In this document: one piece after another, positions 8,700 to 17,578 of the stretch
How the letters are laid out: each line of letters opens with the position of its first letter
Position numbering within the stretch: position 1 is the first letter of the stretch
Source of the DNA: a virus
Direction: 5' to 3' (one strand)
Length of the DNA stretch: 31,654 nucleotides
UHGV virus genome: UHGV-1544975
Program-made: the position numbers and the translations under genes
Notes under the pieces: generated by a model
The model's input: only the letters and a program-made list of their open reading frames with translations
Databases searched by the model: none
Told to the model about the DNA's origin: nothing

Positions 8700-11170
8700 C
8701 AGAATCCCCCAACAGTAAGGCGAGGAATAACGGCAAGAACAGACAGCGGCAACGGGTCAAGCTGACGGATTCTTACACGTCCGTTTTTGCCCCAGTTACT
8801 GTCAAGTTTCACTTCTACTTTTCCGGTAGCGTCATCAACAGGATCATCGTAGAACTCGAATTCACGCTGTTGATATTCGTACCATTTACCGCCGGGCGTA
8901 GTCGCCCAGATGCCGCGGCTGGCATTCACAACCAGAGTAACGGATGGGATCACCTGTTTTTTGTCCAGCAGCGTTTCCTGTCCGTTAATGTTGATATCCA
9001 GTGTTTCGAATTCAGCAGTTATTGGCAGGCCGATGTGCACTACAGCCCCCGGTGATTCCAGCGTGACGGCACCTCCGGAAACTACTTTCTGTGGTTCCAC
9101 GTTCGCATCAGAGAGGATGTTTACGGTCTGACCTTCAAGATGAGACAAGCCGCCAAATGCCCGGCGCGCCATCTGCCAGTTCGTGGTGGCCACATTCCTG
9201 ATGGATGGCGGGACGTTCCTGTTAGCACGAACCACTACAGCGGTGTTGCTGGTTACAGAAATAATGTCGCAACGTAATTCTTTTGACACTTCATCGCCAG
9301 TATCAGGATCAGTTCCGGTATAAGGGAACTGTAGTTGCGCACCGACATCACTACTGGTGAAGTACGCACCACCAGAAACACTGATTGTATATTCCGCGCG
9401 GTAATCCCATTCACCAGAACCACCAGTGATGGTCATCGTTCTGTCAGACGTATTTCTTCCATCATAGCTAAGGCCAGAATCAACAAAGAAAGCATCTTCA
9501 TCGCTGGTAAATAAACGGCTGGACAGTCGCTCGATGTATCTCACTGTTTGCCCGTTAACGGTTCGGTTAACGACGAAATACACCGCATCTTCATTGCCTT
9601 CGCTGATACTGCATGTGCTTTCATATTTTCCGGTACTGGACTGTGGTGCCCATGCAAAAACCTGTTGATCACGCAGATAGGTCATCACCAGTAATTTACC
9701 GTCATCACGAATGCAGAAGGCGCTGGAGTAAGGGACAATAGAGAAGCACCAGTCAACAATGCTGTGCTTCTGAAAAAGATGATTGGCAAGGATGGTCAGG
9801 TCGTTCCCCTGATAGCCGTCAACATCGAATGAGTAGGCCAGATCACGGACAACACTGCCTTTCTCCTGGACGAACAGAGCAATATTCGCCACGGCAATTG
9901 GTGGGACATTGCTCGAGCCATTTGATCCCTGAGAGCTGAATGCAAATGATGATGGGGTTAACACTTTGTTCTGGTCGCCGGTGATGACGTACTCACCTCC
10001 GGAAGTCAGTGCCACCAGCGAACCGACATCAATCAGGTGGCGGATCTCATTAACCTGACGCCCGGCATAGGTGTAGATAATTCTGTCGTCATCCTGCGTA
10101 GGATTGCTTTTGCCAAAATCCTTATAATCCCCGGTACGGCTGGCCCAGATAGTCTGAGGGAACGCAGTCGATGCGGCGAAGTAAAGGCGTTGTTGATAAT
10201 AAACAACAGTGCCAGGATAACCGTTAATACTGTTCCAGGCATATTTAGCCCATTTATAGCTGGCATTATCCTCGCCAACTACCTGCGAAGGGATATAGGA
10301 AATCACCTCGGCAGTTGCAGTAGTTCCATTTGCAGCAGAGATACGGGCAATGCCAAAACCACTGTGCAGATACTCCCACTCAATGCCGGTATCATCATCA
10401 CCGGATCCGCCCCAGCCATCCCATGATGTGCCTTCTGTATGCGAAGGGCGCAAAGTGCCTGTTTTGCCTGCTGTAACGGCGCGATAGTAGTTACTGTCTG
10501 CACGGCGAATATCGCCAATCGACGTACTCTTACTGGTTTCCCATACCGGCACAGAATCCACTGCAGGCTGTTCCAGATAGAACAATTTGCCTACCTGCTC
10601 CGCGCCAAAAATTGAGGCGCTTGCCGTTAACGTAATTGTCCCGGTGCTGGCGCTGGCATAAACCGTCACTGACTCGTCAATATTGATATCTTCAAATGGC
10701 CCGTTCTTCGTTACCACATCAACCAGTTGCCAGTTGTCATGCGCATAGCGGCGCAACTCTTTCGGCGGGTATGCCGGATGAACCAGCGTAAGCACGTCTG
10801 CGCTTTGCGTGAATTTAATTCGGAACAGATCGGCTTCAGTATATGGCGTGGCAATTTCATAAATAACATTGCTGCTGTTCAGCACCAACGCACCATCTTT
10901 GATAACGCGCATGTACTGGTGTCCGAACTCCAGAGCATAAGTCTGAACCGTCGAGAACTGGAACGGGATCAGGCGGCATTTCCGATTTGGGTATTTGGCG
11001 GCACCGACAAAACGCGTACCAGGTCGATTCTCAACGCCGCCATACTGCCGCACGATAAAGTTATCGCACTTGCGCAATGCCACCTGGTACTTCGCCATGT
11101 CGATACGACCGTACAACGACGGTCCAATCTCACCACCGGCAAAGCTGGGCTGGATCCAACTGATAGCCAT
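8699..11170 (-). CDS. Tail tubular protein B-like (nozzle), T7 gp12-like (823 aa)
   Basis: Follows the adaptor-like gene; N-terminus pattern GGEIG...NRPG resembles T7 gp12 from memory; size matches. Confidence 0.5.
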   Translation of the reverse strand: MAISWIQPSFAGGEIGPSLYGRIDMAKYQVALRKCDNFIVRQYGGVENRPGTRFVGAAKYPNRKCRLIPFQFSTVQTYALEFGHQYMRVIKDGALVLNSSNVIYEIATPYTEADLFRIKFTQSADVLTLVHPAYPPKELRRYAHDNWQLVDVVTKNGPFEDINIDESVTVYASASTGTITLTASASIFGAEQVGKLFYLEQPAVDSVPVWETSKSTSIGDIRRADSNYYRAVTAGKTGTLRPSHTEGTSWDGWGGSGDDDTGIEWEYLHSGFGIARISAANGTTATAEVISYIPSQVVGEDNASYKWAKYAWNSINGYPGTVVYYQQRLYFAASTAFPQTIWASRTGDYKDFGKSNPTQDDDRIIYTYAGRQVNEIRHLIDVGSLVALTSGGEYVITGDQNKVLTPSSFAFSSQGSNGSSNVPPIAVANIALFVQEKGSVVRDLAYSFDVDGYQGNDLTILANHLFQKHSIVDWCFSIVPYSSAFCIRDDGKLLVMTYLRDQQVFAWAPQSSTGKYESTCSISEGNEDAVYFVVNRTVNGQTVRYIERLSSRLFTSDEDAFFVDSGLSYDGRNTSDRTMTITGGSGEWDYRAEYTISVSGGAYFTSSDVGAQLQFPYTGTDPDTGDEVSKELRCDIISVTSNTAVVVRANRNVPPSIRNVATTNWQMARRAFGGLSHLEGQTVNILSDANVEPQKVVSGGAVTLESPGAVVHIGLPITAEFETLDININGQETLLDKKQVIPSVTLVVNASRGIWATTPGGKWYEYQQREFEFYDDPVDDATGKVEVKLDSNWGKNGRVRIRQLDPLPLSVLAVIPRLTVGGF

Positions 11171-11778
11171 CAGGACAACCTCGCAATGGTAAACTCGTCA
11201 ACCGGTGGCTGTGGTTCCTGTGATTCATTCTGGCTATGCGAGCCAGCACTAAGAATCACGCGATTGTACATATTGAGGGCAAACGTACCGAGGTCTGCAT
11301 TCCCAGTCAGCGCCATGTTAATAGCTGCCGCAAGACGCCAGGCCAACGCCTCCATAAAAATGGCATCAAACATGTTCACATCTGAAACGCGAGAGACATA
11401 CTTGAGCCATGCCTGCGGCTGGTCTGTGTAGATCAACTTTCCTGTTCCGTTGGTGTCTGCACCAACTTCGTACTGAACGCGCATTGCTGCTGTTGGATTG
11501 CGTACACCAGGAAGCATAATTTCAGTAATGCGCAGACAATCGGACGGGTACTGGTACGCATATTCCCAGTCAGGCGGTGGATTGCTCGTATCTGCAAGCG
11601 CCACGCGTTTGGTAGCAAAGTTCCAGTCAAAATCAGAAAGAACAGCATCACGGCAGGCCTCAAAGTGCAGCGAACATTCACCCGCTTCCTTGCTGGCTTC
11701 CGTCAGGCTGTTAATACTGCGGCTGTTGCCAATATTGGACAGCGCACGATTACAGATCTCTACTACAGAGGCCATCAC
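11170..11778 (-). CDS. Tail tubular protein A-like (adaptor), T7 gp11-like (202 aa)
   Basis: N-terminal CNRALSNIGNSRSINSLTE resembles T7 gp11 VNDILASIGEPPVSTLEG from memory; size and position fit. Confidence 0.5.
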   Translation of the reverse strand: MMASVVEICNRALSNIGNSRSINSLTEASKEAGECSLHFEACRDAVLSDFDWNFATKRVALADTSNPPPDWEYAYQYPSDCLRITEIMLPGVRNPTAAMRVQYEVGADTNGTGKLIYTDQPQAWLKYVSRVSDVNMFDAIFMEALAWRLAAAINMALTGNADLGTFALNMYNRVILSAGSHSQNESQEPQPPVDEFTIARLS

Positions 11779-12098
11779 TCACCTCCGTTACCGTACAGAG
11801 TTTCAGCCGCTGATTTTTCTACATCCCTGGAAACAGGAGCGATCGCCATATCAGTGATCTGCAGATCGGCGCTGCGATTAACACCATCGTCAGTTTCTCT
11901 GGCAGACAGGCCTCGAATAACAGCCTTTGCAGTTATCATCACTTCTGTTCCGACGCCCTGAGGTTGCGCCTTCAGCTTATTCAATGTGTCGTTATTAAGA
12001 GTGATGCACAGCCCCCACGGGTATTCATCGCGAGTTCTGGTTTCTCCGCTCTCATCCTGGTAGCTGTCAGTGCCGGTTTTGAGGTTTACGAGTTCCAT
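11775..12098 (-). CDS. Hypothetical virion morphogenesis protein (about 107 aa)
   Basis: Track ORF 11775..12104 begins with GTG; ATG at 12096..12098 has a GGAG RBS. Confidence 0.45.
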   Translation of the reverse strand: MELVNLKTGTDSYQDESGETRTRDEYPWGLCITLNNDTLNKLKAQPQGVGTEVMITAKAVIRGLSARETDDGVNRSADLQITDMAIAPVSRDVEKSAAETLYGNGGE

Positions 12099-12110
12099 AT
12101 ACACTCCTGC

Positions 12111-12130
12111 AATAAAGGGGCCGAAGCCCC
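12111..12130 (-). terminator. Intra-operon terminator/attenuator between head and tail genes (GGGGC-UUCG-GCCCC then UUUAUU)
   Basis: On the minus strand: 5-bp GC stem, UUCG tetraloop, then TTTATT, immediately before the next RBS. Confidence 0.45.
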
Positions 12131-12148
12131 TTGTCGGATTCGCGAGGC

Positions 12149-12493
12149 TTACACGCCCAGTTCTTTACGCTTATCTGCGATCTTCTCGCGGAGCGTTTCG
12201 GCTTTAGCGTTATGGTGTGGCTTCTCGTTAAAGAGCAATTCGTACTCTTCACGGAGCTTATCCAGTTCACCATCATCTGACACATCGTTGATGATTTTGG
12301 TGCTGGTTGCTGCCATAGACACCTTTCCTGCTACCTTTGCTTTTGCCTGTCTGGCTGCATCGTTAACAGGTTCCAGTGCGCTACCAGGCTCACCTTCGTA
12401 TTCGATTTCTTCCCCCTCCGGCCACAGTGTGTTATGGATATGAGAGAGGCGCAGAACGCGGTATCTTGGTTTCTCACCTGACATCGATATCAC
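12149..12493 (-). CDS. Hypothetical head-proximal protein (114 aa)
   Basis: ORF in the late operon, charged C-terminal helix; no family recognised. Confidence 0.4.
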   Translation of the reverse strand: MISMSGEKPRYRVLRLSHIHNTLWPEGEEIEYEGEPGSALEPVNDAARQAKAKVAGKVSMAATSTKIINDVSDDGELDKLREEYELLFNEKPHHNAKAETLREKIADKRKELGV

Positions 12494-12494
12494 C

Positions 12495-12932
12495 TTAACC
12501 AGTTACTTTTGAGCGGATCGGGTACGGCGTATTGGCATCAACATCCAGACTGATACCCGCAGTGAATTTGCCGGCCGTTAGTGGGCCAGTTGCGACGGAG
12601 TAGTTAACACGCAGATATCGCTGAACACCGGCAGGCACCTTTGCAGAAACAACTCGTTTACCTGCTGTCAGGGTAGCCTTTGCCAGTGCGCCACTATCAT
12701 AAATAGTGGACCATGAGCTGTTATTCTCACTCGTCTGCAACTGGATGTTTACAGTTGCCTCACCACTTGCCGTGGCGGCTTCGTTAACCAGCACCCAAAA
12801 CTCAAGCGGATAACCCACGCCGATATCGCGACGGTTTCCATCAATTGGACCGAGATCGATTACGTCAGTAGAAGCCGCGGTATTCGTAACCGCCTGAGCT
12901 TCGGAGAACATCAACAGTTTGTCGGTGATCAT
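12495..12932 (-). CDS. Hypothetical protein (145 aa), possible capsid decoration or accessory protein
   Basis: Immediately downstream of the capsid gene, GGAG RBS; composition suggests beta-rich protein. Confidence 0.4.
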   Translation of the reverse strand: MITDKLLMFSEAQAVTNTAASTDVIDLGPIDGNRRDIGVGYPLEFWVLVNEAATASGEATVNIQLQTSENNSSWSTIYDSGALAKATLTAGKRVVSAKVPAGVQRYLRVNYSVATGPLTAGKFTAGISLDVDANTPYPIRSKVTG

Positions 12933-12947
12933 CTTCTTTCTCCATTA

Positions 12948-12967
12948 GTGGGTCTGTTACGACCCAC
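12948..12967 (-). other. Stable stem-loop just after the capsid gene (GTGGGTC-N6-GACCCAC), no U-tract
   Basis: 7-bp perfect stem read directly; between the capsid stop (12984) and the next start (12932). Confidence 0.4.
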
Positions 12968-12983
12968 AGGTTAATAACAGGCG

Positions 12984-13976
12984 TTACACCACGCGGGCTT
13001 CTGTTTCCAGAAGCGCATCAGTTTCACGGATTGGTACACCACGGAATGAAGTCCACCACTCGCCTTCAGTCTCTTTTACGCTGATCGCCAGAGATGTTTT
13101 CTCCAGAGATTGCAGATCAAGAGCCTGGCCTACAGTGCGGTTCATGTAGAACACCGGGCGACCCATTCCACGGTTTGGAATGCGATGCAGTGCTTTAACC
13201 ATCAACTTCGCAATATTTGCGGCAGAGGAAGGTTCTGAAAGATTGCTGACATCGATGTTTGCAATGCGAACAACATAACGCCAGTCACGCAGAGCAAGTC
13301 CGTTGTCCCATTTGTAATGGGTGCGATAGCCTTCGTACTTGCCGCCATTAGCATCTTCCAGTGTCACCTGGCCTTTATCTTCCATCTGGATGCCAGCCTT
13401 CTGCCCTTTCGGGAAGATGCCATGCACGGTGTTTTCGCCCCACACCACTAACCAGATTGAGGTGTTATCTGTACCCGTGCCACCAGCATCAATGATGTTC
13501 TGAGCATTACCCGCAGACAGGCTGGAATAGCGGGAGGACAGTCCCATAAACTGCTGAGGGTTAACGCTGGAATCACCATAAAACAGCGTCTGCGCCATCT
13601 GCTGATTCATCGCTTCAATAAATGCGCGGTCTTCAGACAGGCGGAATTCAGCGGTATTGCCGTTCAGATCAGCCAGTGATTTATCGACTTCAGCATAGGT
13701 TTCCAGCATGCCAACGTAATCGGTTACCTGCACTGTGGTTGATTTGCTTGGCTGTACGCCATAGTTCAGCAAACGCCAGGTAGCTGAAGGTAAACCAGAA
13801 CGAATGGTGGTTCGGTGTCCGGTAGGAAGGTTCCCTTCGACAAAAGGCATATCCTGAAGGATCGGGTTAGTTTGACCGAGAAGCTCGATAATCTTATCGA
13901 CTTTCCCGTTTGGATCGACGCGCTTACCCCAGTCAGCCAGCGTTAGCGCAGTTAAGCCTTTAACAGCCATTGTCAT
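12984..13976 (-). CDS. Major capsid protein (330 aa)
   Basis: Position after portal and scaffold; size typical of podovirus capsid proteins; followed by a stem-loop. Confidence 0.7.
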   Translation of the reverse strand: MTMAVKGLTALTLADWGKRVDPNGKVDKIIELLGQTNPILQDMPFVEGNLPTGHRTTIRSGLPSATWRLLNYGVQPSKSTTVQVTDYVGMLETYAEVDKSLADLNGNTAEFRLSEDRAFIEAMNQQMAQTLFYGDSSVNPQQFMGLSSRYSSLSAGNAQNIIDAGGTGTDNTSIWLVVWGENTVHGIFPKGQKAGIQMEDKGQVTLEDANGGKYEGYRTHYKWDNGLALRDWRYVVRIANIDVSNLSEPSSAANIAKLMVKALHRIPNRGMGRPVFYMNRTVGQALDLQSLEKTSLAISVKETEGEWWTSFRGVPIRETDALLETEARVV

Positions 13977-13984
13977 TTCCTCTC

Positions 13985-14686
13985 TTATTTGCCATAGAGC
14001 ACTTCGGCCGCACTACGCTGGCCTTCATTACCACCGGTGACCATGCCATCTTCAGACATCGCCTTTCCGATTTTCACGAACGTTTTGACCAGATCAGGGT
14101 GATTACCCAGCCCGGTGGTGTTCAGATATTCTTTGAGTTCAGGTGTCCCGAACTGGTCAAGCGCACGCTGTGCGGCGCTAAGGTTAGAAATCAACTTGTC
14201 GCCACCGATTTCTTTGTCAGCTTTTACATCCGCAGCCCACTGCTCGGTTGTTTTCTGCCAGGCTTCTGCCTGGCGCTGCTGAACACCTGCCAGAATCTTC
14301 GGATAAGCATCAACCAGCTTTTGCGCTTGCTCGTTGGTCAGGTTAAGTTCTCGCGCCACCGGCTCGAATTCCTTCAACGCTTCTGTATCCAGCTCTACGC
14401 CTTCGGCAGCCTGAAACTCGTACTTCTCAGGCGCACCCTCTGGTTTATCGCCGTCCTTTTTTTCATCCTGCTTATCGTTTTCAGGCTTTTTGTCATCAGC
14501 AGGTTTATCGCCATCAGCAACAGGTTGTGGCTTATCACCTTCCTGTTGTGATGGATCACCAACTGGAGCAGGGTTATCACCTGCAGGCGCTGACGGTTCT
14601 GACGCAGCCGGAGCTGCTCCACCATCGACTGGTTGCTCATTGCAAAGACGGCGATACAGCAAACGCTCAAATAAACTCATGATCAC
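13985..14686 (-). CDS. Scaffolding protein (233 aa)
   Basis: Acidic, Pro/Asp/Lys-rich low-complexity N-terminal half and helical C-terminal half; lies between portal and capsid. Confidence 0.6.
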   Translation of the reverse strand: MIMSLFERLLYRRLCNEQPVDGGAAPAASEPSAPAGDNPAPVGDPSQQEGDKPQPVADGDKPADDKKPENDKQDEKKDGDKPEGAPEKYEFQAAEGVELDTEALKEFEPVARELNLTNEQAQKLVDAYPKILAGVQQRQAEAWQKTTEQWAADVKADKEIGGDKLISNLSAAQRALDQFGTPELKEYLNTTGLGNHPDLVKTFVKIGKAMSEDGMVTGGNEGQRSAAEVLYGK

Positions 14687-14979
14687 TCCTGTTCACTGGC
14701 CTCTTTGGCCATCTTCAAATACTGTTCAGGGCAATGCGCCATAACGCGCTGAAACAGTTCCAGCGCCAGATTGCGTTGCCCCTCATTAAATGCCATTGCC
14801 ATAGCGTCCATCGGTGAGATAGCGGAAAACACACGGCCTTTCTCCAGCACCGACCAGACAACGCGACGCCCCTGTTCACTGCTCATGACAAAGCGAATGT
14901 CATCAATTTCACGCTGCGCCATGTCACGTTGCTTACGGGCGTTTTCTTCTTTCAGTTGATCGTCTTCGTAATCTGTCAT
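14683..14979 (-). CDS. Hypothetical head-assembly-region protein (98 aa)
   Basis: 4-nt overlaps with both portal and scaffold genes. Confidence 0.45.
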   Translation of the reverse strand: MTDYEDDQLKEENARKQRDMAQREIDDIRFVMSSEQGRRVVWSVLEKGRVFSAISPMDAMAMAFNEGQRNLALELFQRVMAHCPEQYLKMAKEASEQE

Positions 14980-16655
14980 TGTGATTGCCCACCCTGACCA
15001 CTAACTGCATTCGCCATAGCTGACAAAACACTCGGATCCGAAGTTTTAGCTTCGCTTAGCGTCTTGGCCCCCTGTGCCGCCGCCATCCCCATCGCCATCA
15101 TTTGTTGCTGCTGTTGTTGCTGTGCCCGTTGCTGGCGAGCCTGCTCAACCTGTTCCTGCGGAACAATGACGGTTGGAGACACTCCGGACATATCAGCGAA
15201 TGCATCGATCGCCTGATCAACGTTGAGTTTGTCGAGAGCTTCTGGTTTCGCTTGCGCAAGTTGACCAATGAAGTTGACCGTAGACGCCAGACTGGACAGG
15301 CCGATAGACTTCTGCGCCTGAGCCATGACGGAAATGTATTCGACCTTCAGGGGCATACCTTCCATCGCGTCAGGCGGTGGCGGCAGCATGTTTTTACGCA
15401 CCATCATCGAGAAAGCGCGGTCAATGAGAGGATTAAGACATTCGTCGTTCAGACGCTCCAGAACCGGCCCCAACATCAGAAGTTTTTCTTCTTTCATTTC
15501 GATCACTGCTTCAACAGGCATCGAGCGGGTATTGATGTTCTGCAACATCATGAACAGATCGACAAAGTAGGCGCTGTTAATGATTTGACGAGTGTCCTGA
15601 ATGTCTGCTACCAGATCTGCTGTACTGGGGTTAACCAGATAAGCAGGCCTGAAGCCATCCTGACCAGTAATCTGATCGATATACGTGATGTCACCAGGAA
15701 GAAGGGAGGCGCGCTGATTCTTGAGGGAAGTCGGAGCAACCATCGGCGGATTGGTGGCTTTATCAATCAACTGCGACTTGCGCTCCTGGAGAAGTTGCAA
15801 TGCCTTAACAGGTCCAAGCGCCAGCATACCCGGGCATGATGATCCATAAACATCTTCGCCATTAACTTCCCAGCGCGGAGCCATAATTGGAAACTCATCA
15901 AATCCGGACTCACGCAACAACTTGTCGTTATCGCCACCAACCTCGTAATAAACCGATTTGAATGGCTTGTTCTTGCTATCCAGCTTCGATGTATCGCGGT
16001 CAATGTTCGGGTAAACCGAATGCATCACTTCAATCCACTTCTCGTAGGTGCCGCTTTCCCACATGCTTTTTACGGATTCGCTGACGTTATTTAGTCCGAA
16101 CTCCTGAACAAGCTGACGAACAGTCATAGAGAACTTGCGAAAACAGGTGTCCACACTGCCACGAGGTGAGTTAGCCAGGTAGTAACTTCCTATCGGGAAT
16201 GGCATTGTACGAATGATGTCCTCGTCATCCTCCAGCACCGCCATTGCGCCAGTGCTGTATGTGCCGAGGCTTCCGTATAACTGCGGCAGCGACTGATAGA
16301 GATTCGACTTATTGAACATATCGTTCATGCGGTTCTGCACCGCCTCAAGCCACAACTTAACAGGGCCATAATCCATCATTTCAGGATCTGGCGTAGCCAG
16401 GCGAAACCACGGACGCGCGGGGCTTGTGATGCATGACATCATGCCGCTGGCGAGAGTGCGCGCCGCCATAGTCCCGGTCGAATCAATAATGCGTGTATTG
16501 CGTCGATCGTTACGGTTGACCTCAGAAGTCAGAAAGCGGGAACCACGCGGGTTGATGTAATCACTCAACTCGCGCCAGTGCGGCTCGAACGACTGACGCT
16601 CGCTTTCAAGTTGTGCGAACTGTTTGTTCCATCGCTCTTTAGTTGTTTCCGCCAT
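14976..16655 (-). CDS. Portal protein (559 aa)
   Basis: Size, position after terminase and before scaffold, Gln/Ala-rich flexible C-terminus. Confidence 0.7.
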   Translation of the reverse strand: MAETTKERWNKQFAQLESERQSFEPHWRELSDYINPRGSRFLTSEVNRNDRRNTRIIDSTGTMAARTLASGMMSCITSPARPWFRLATPDPEMMDYGPVKLWLEAVQNRMNDMFNKSNLYQSLPQLYGSLGTYSTGAMAVLEDDEDIIRTMPFPIGSYYLANSPRGSVDTCFRKFSMTVRQLVQEFGLNNVSESVKSMWESGTYEKWIEVMHSVYPNIDRDTSKLDSKNKPFKSVYYEVGGDNDKLLRESGFDEFPIMAPRWEVNGEDVYGSSCPGMLALGPVKALQLLQERKSQLIDKATNPPMVAPTSLKNQRASLLPGDITYIDQITGQDGFRPAYLVNPSTADLVADIQDTRQIINSAYFVDLFMMLQNINTRSMPVEAVIEMKEEKLLMLGPVLERLNDECLNPLIDRAFSMMVRKNMLPPPPDAMEGMPLKVEYISVMAQAQKSIGLSSLASTVNFIGQLAQAKPEALDKLNVDQAIDAFADMSGVSPTVIVPQEQVEQARQQRAQQQQQQQMMAMGMAAAQGAKTLSEAKTSDPSVLSAMANAVSGQGGQSQ

Positions 16656-16669
16656 TTCAATGACTCCGG

Positions 16670-16876
16670 TTACTGACCAAGCAGCGTTTTACCGCTGGTA
16701 TTAGCGGTTGATGTGTCGCCCTGAGAACCGGTAAGCAGCGTAGAACTACGACCAGCAGCAGCGCGACGGCGACGAGTTTCTTCGTCGCGGGCATCAACAA
16801 CGGCGGCATCCTGCTCCTGTGGTGCTGCCTGAACTTCTGGTGTTGCAGGCACTGACGGTGAGCTACCCATGCACAT
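16670..16876 (-). CDS. Small Ala/Ser/Thr-rich protein (68 aa) preceding portal
   Basis: RBS context CGGAGTCATTGA before the ATG is repeated before the portal start; alternative frame 16657..16896 lacks this. Confidence 0.4.
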   Translation of the reverse strand: MCMGSSPSVPATPEVQAAPQEQDAAVVDARDEETRRRRAAAGRSSTLLTGSQGDTSTANTSGKTLLGQ

Positions 16877-16965
16877 ATCAATGACTCCGTACGCAATTAA
16901 ATTATTACCAATTTAACCACATATGATTTATTTATCGTAGACAGTTGACATTTAATGCACGAATT

Positions 16966-16982
16966 ATTACCTTTCAGGTAAG
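16966..16982. promoter_or_regulatory. Operator-like palindrome ATTACC-TTTCA-GGTAAG upstream of the portal operon
   Basis: One of about nine copies of the ATTACC-N5-GGTAA motif. Confidence 0.45.
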
Positions 16983-17303
16983 TAAATGGTTCATTCCGGT
17001 TATTAACCTGACTGGCTTGTCGTTAAATTGAACAGGTGGAGTGAGCTTTTATTTTGAGCAGTACGGCGTATGGCACATGCGCCGATAGCGGTCTGGATAC
17101 GTTTAAGGGGCACCCTCCCTTGCTCGGGCAAACGAACCAGGTAGCCGGAATGTGCAAGTCGAGCGGTTTTATTCCGCGCACGGGGATTCACCATCCCGGC
17201 GATTCGGTGTGACGCCTCGGAAGAGACGAGGGTACAACGATGAGAGCATTTATGGAGCCGCGACAAAGTGTGGCGCCTTAACAGGCTAAGTGCTCTCAGC
17301 GTT

Positions 17304-17380
17304 GTGGCATTAGCTCAGTTGGACAGAGCAACCGCCTTCTAAGCGGTTGGTCGCAGGTTCGAATCCTGCATGCCACGCCA
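17304..17380 (+). tRNA. tRNA-Arg (anticodon UCU), 77 nt including 3' CCA
   Basis: Folded by hand: perfect 7-bp acceptor stem GTGGCAT/ATGCCAC, D-stem GCTC/GAGC, anticodon stem ACCGC/GCGGT, loop CTTCTAA, T-arm GCAGG-TTCGAAT-CCTGC, discriminator G, CCA. Confidence 0.9.
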
Positions 17381-17423
17381 GAATCACGCCTAAGGACCGT
17401 GATGCCAGAAGTTCCAGGTGCTT

Positions 17424-17465
17424 GGCGGTGATGGTTTCCCTTGAAGGACTATCACCGCCCTTTTT
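17424..17465 (+). terminator. Rho-independent terminator after the tRNA (GGCGGTGAT...ATCACCGCC then CTTTTT)
   Basis: 9-bp stem plus T-run. Confidence 0.6.
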
Positions 17466-17543
17466 ACAGCAGGACGCCATTGCGATGACTTCATGCTGTA
17501 AACCAGTACAGCCACGGAAGGCATAACTCATTGCTTCCAGTTC

Positions 17544-17567
17544 GCCCGGTTCGCCGGGCATTTTTTT
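17544..17567 (+). terminator. Second terminator-like hairpin (GCCCGG-UUCG-CCGGGC then 7 T) directly upstream of the DUF2829-like gene RBS
   Basis: 6-bp GC stem, UUCG tetraloop, 7-T tract; RBS AAGGTGAG follows immediately. Confidence 0.6.
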
Positions 17568-17578
17568 AAGGTGAGATT

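Noticed and set aside
16657-16896. Alternative 79-aa frame overlapping the 68-aa ORF before portal
   Set aside because: Only one of the two overlapping frames can be real; 16670..16876 has the conserved RBS context shared with portal, and this frame gives a basic, junk-like product.
17003-17266. Minus-strand ORF (87 aa) in the GC-rich intergenic region upstream of the tRNA
   Set aside because: Arg/His-rich junk-like translation, no RBS, no coupling to neighbours; more likely non-coding.
17304-17380. tRNA-Arg as the prophage attachment site
   Set aside because: It sits in the middle of the phage between terminase and portal, about 13 kb from the integrase, and the integrase 5' end points to the right edge, so the att site is probably beyond 31654.
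17310-17561. Minus-strand ORF (83 aa) overlapping the tRNA and both downstream terminators
   Set aside because: Its sequence is the reverse complement of the tRNA D-arm and terminator hairpins; an artefact of structured RNA sequence.
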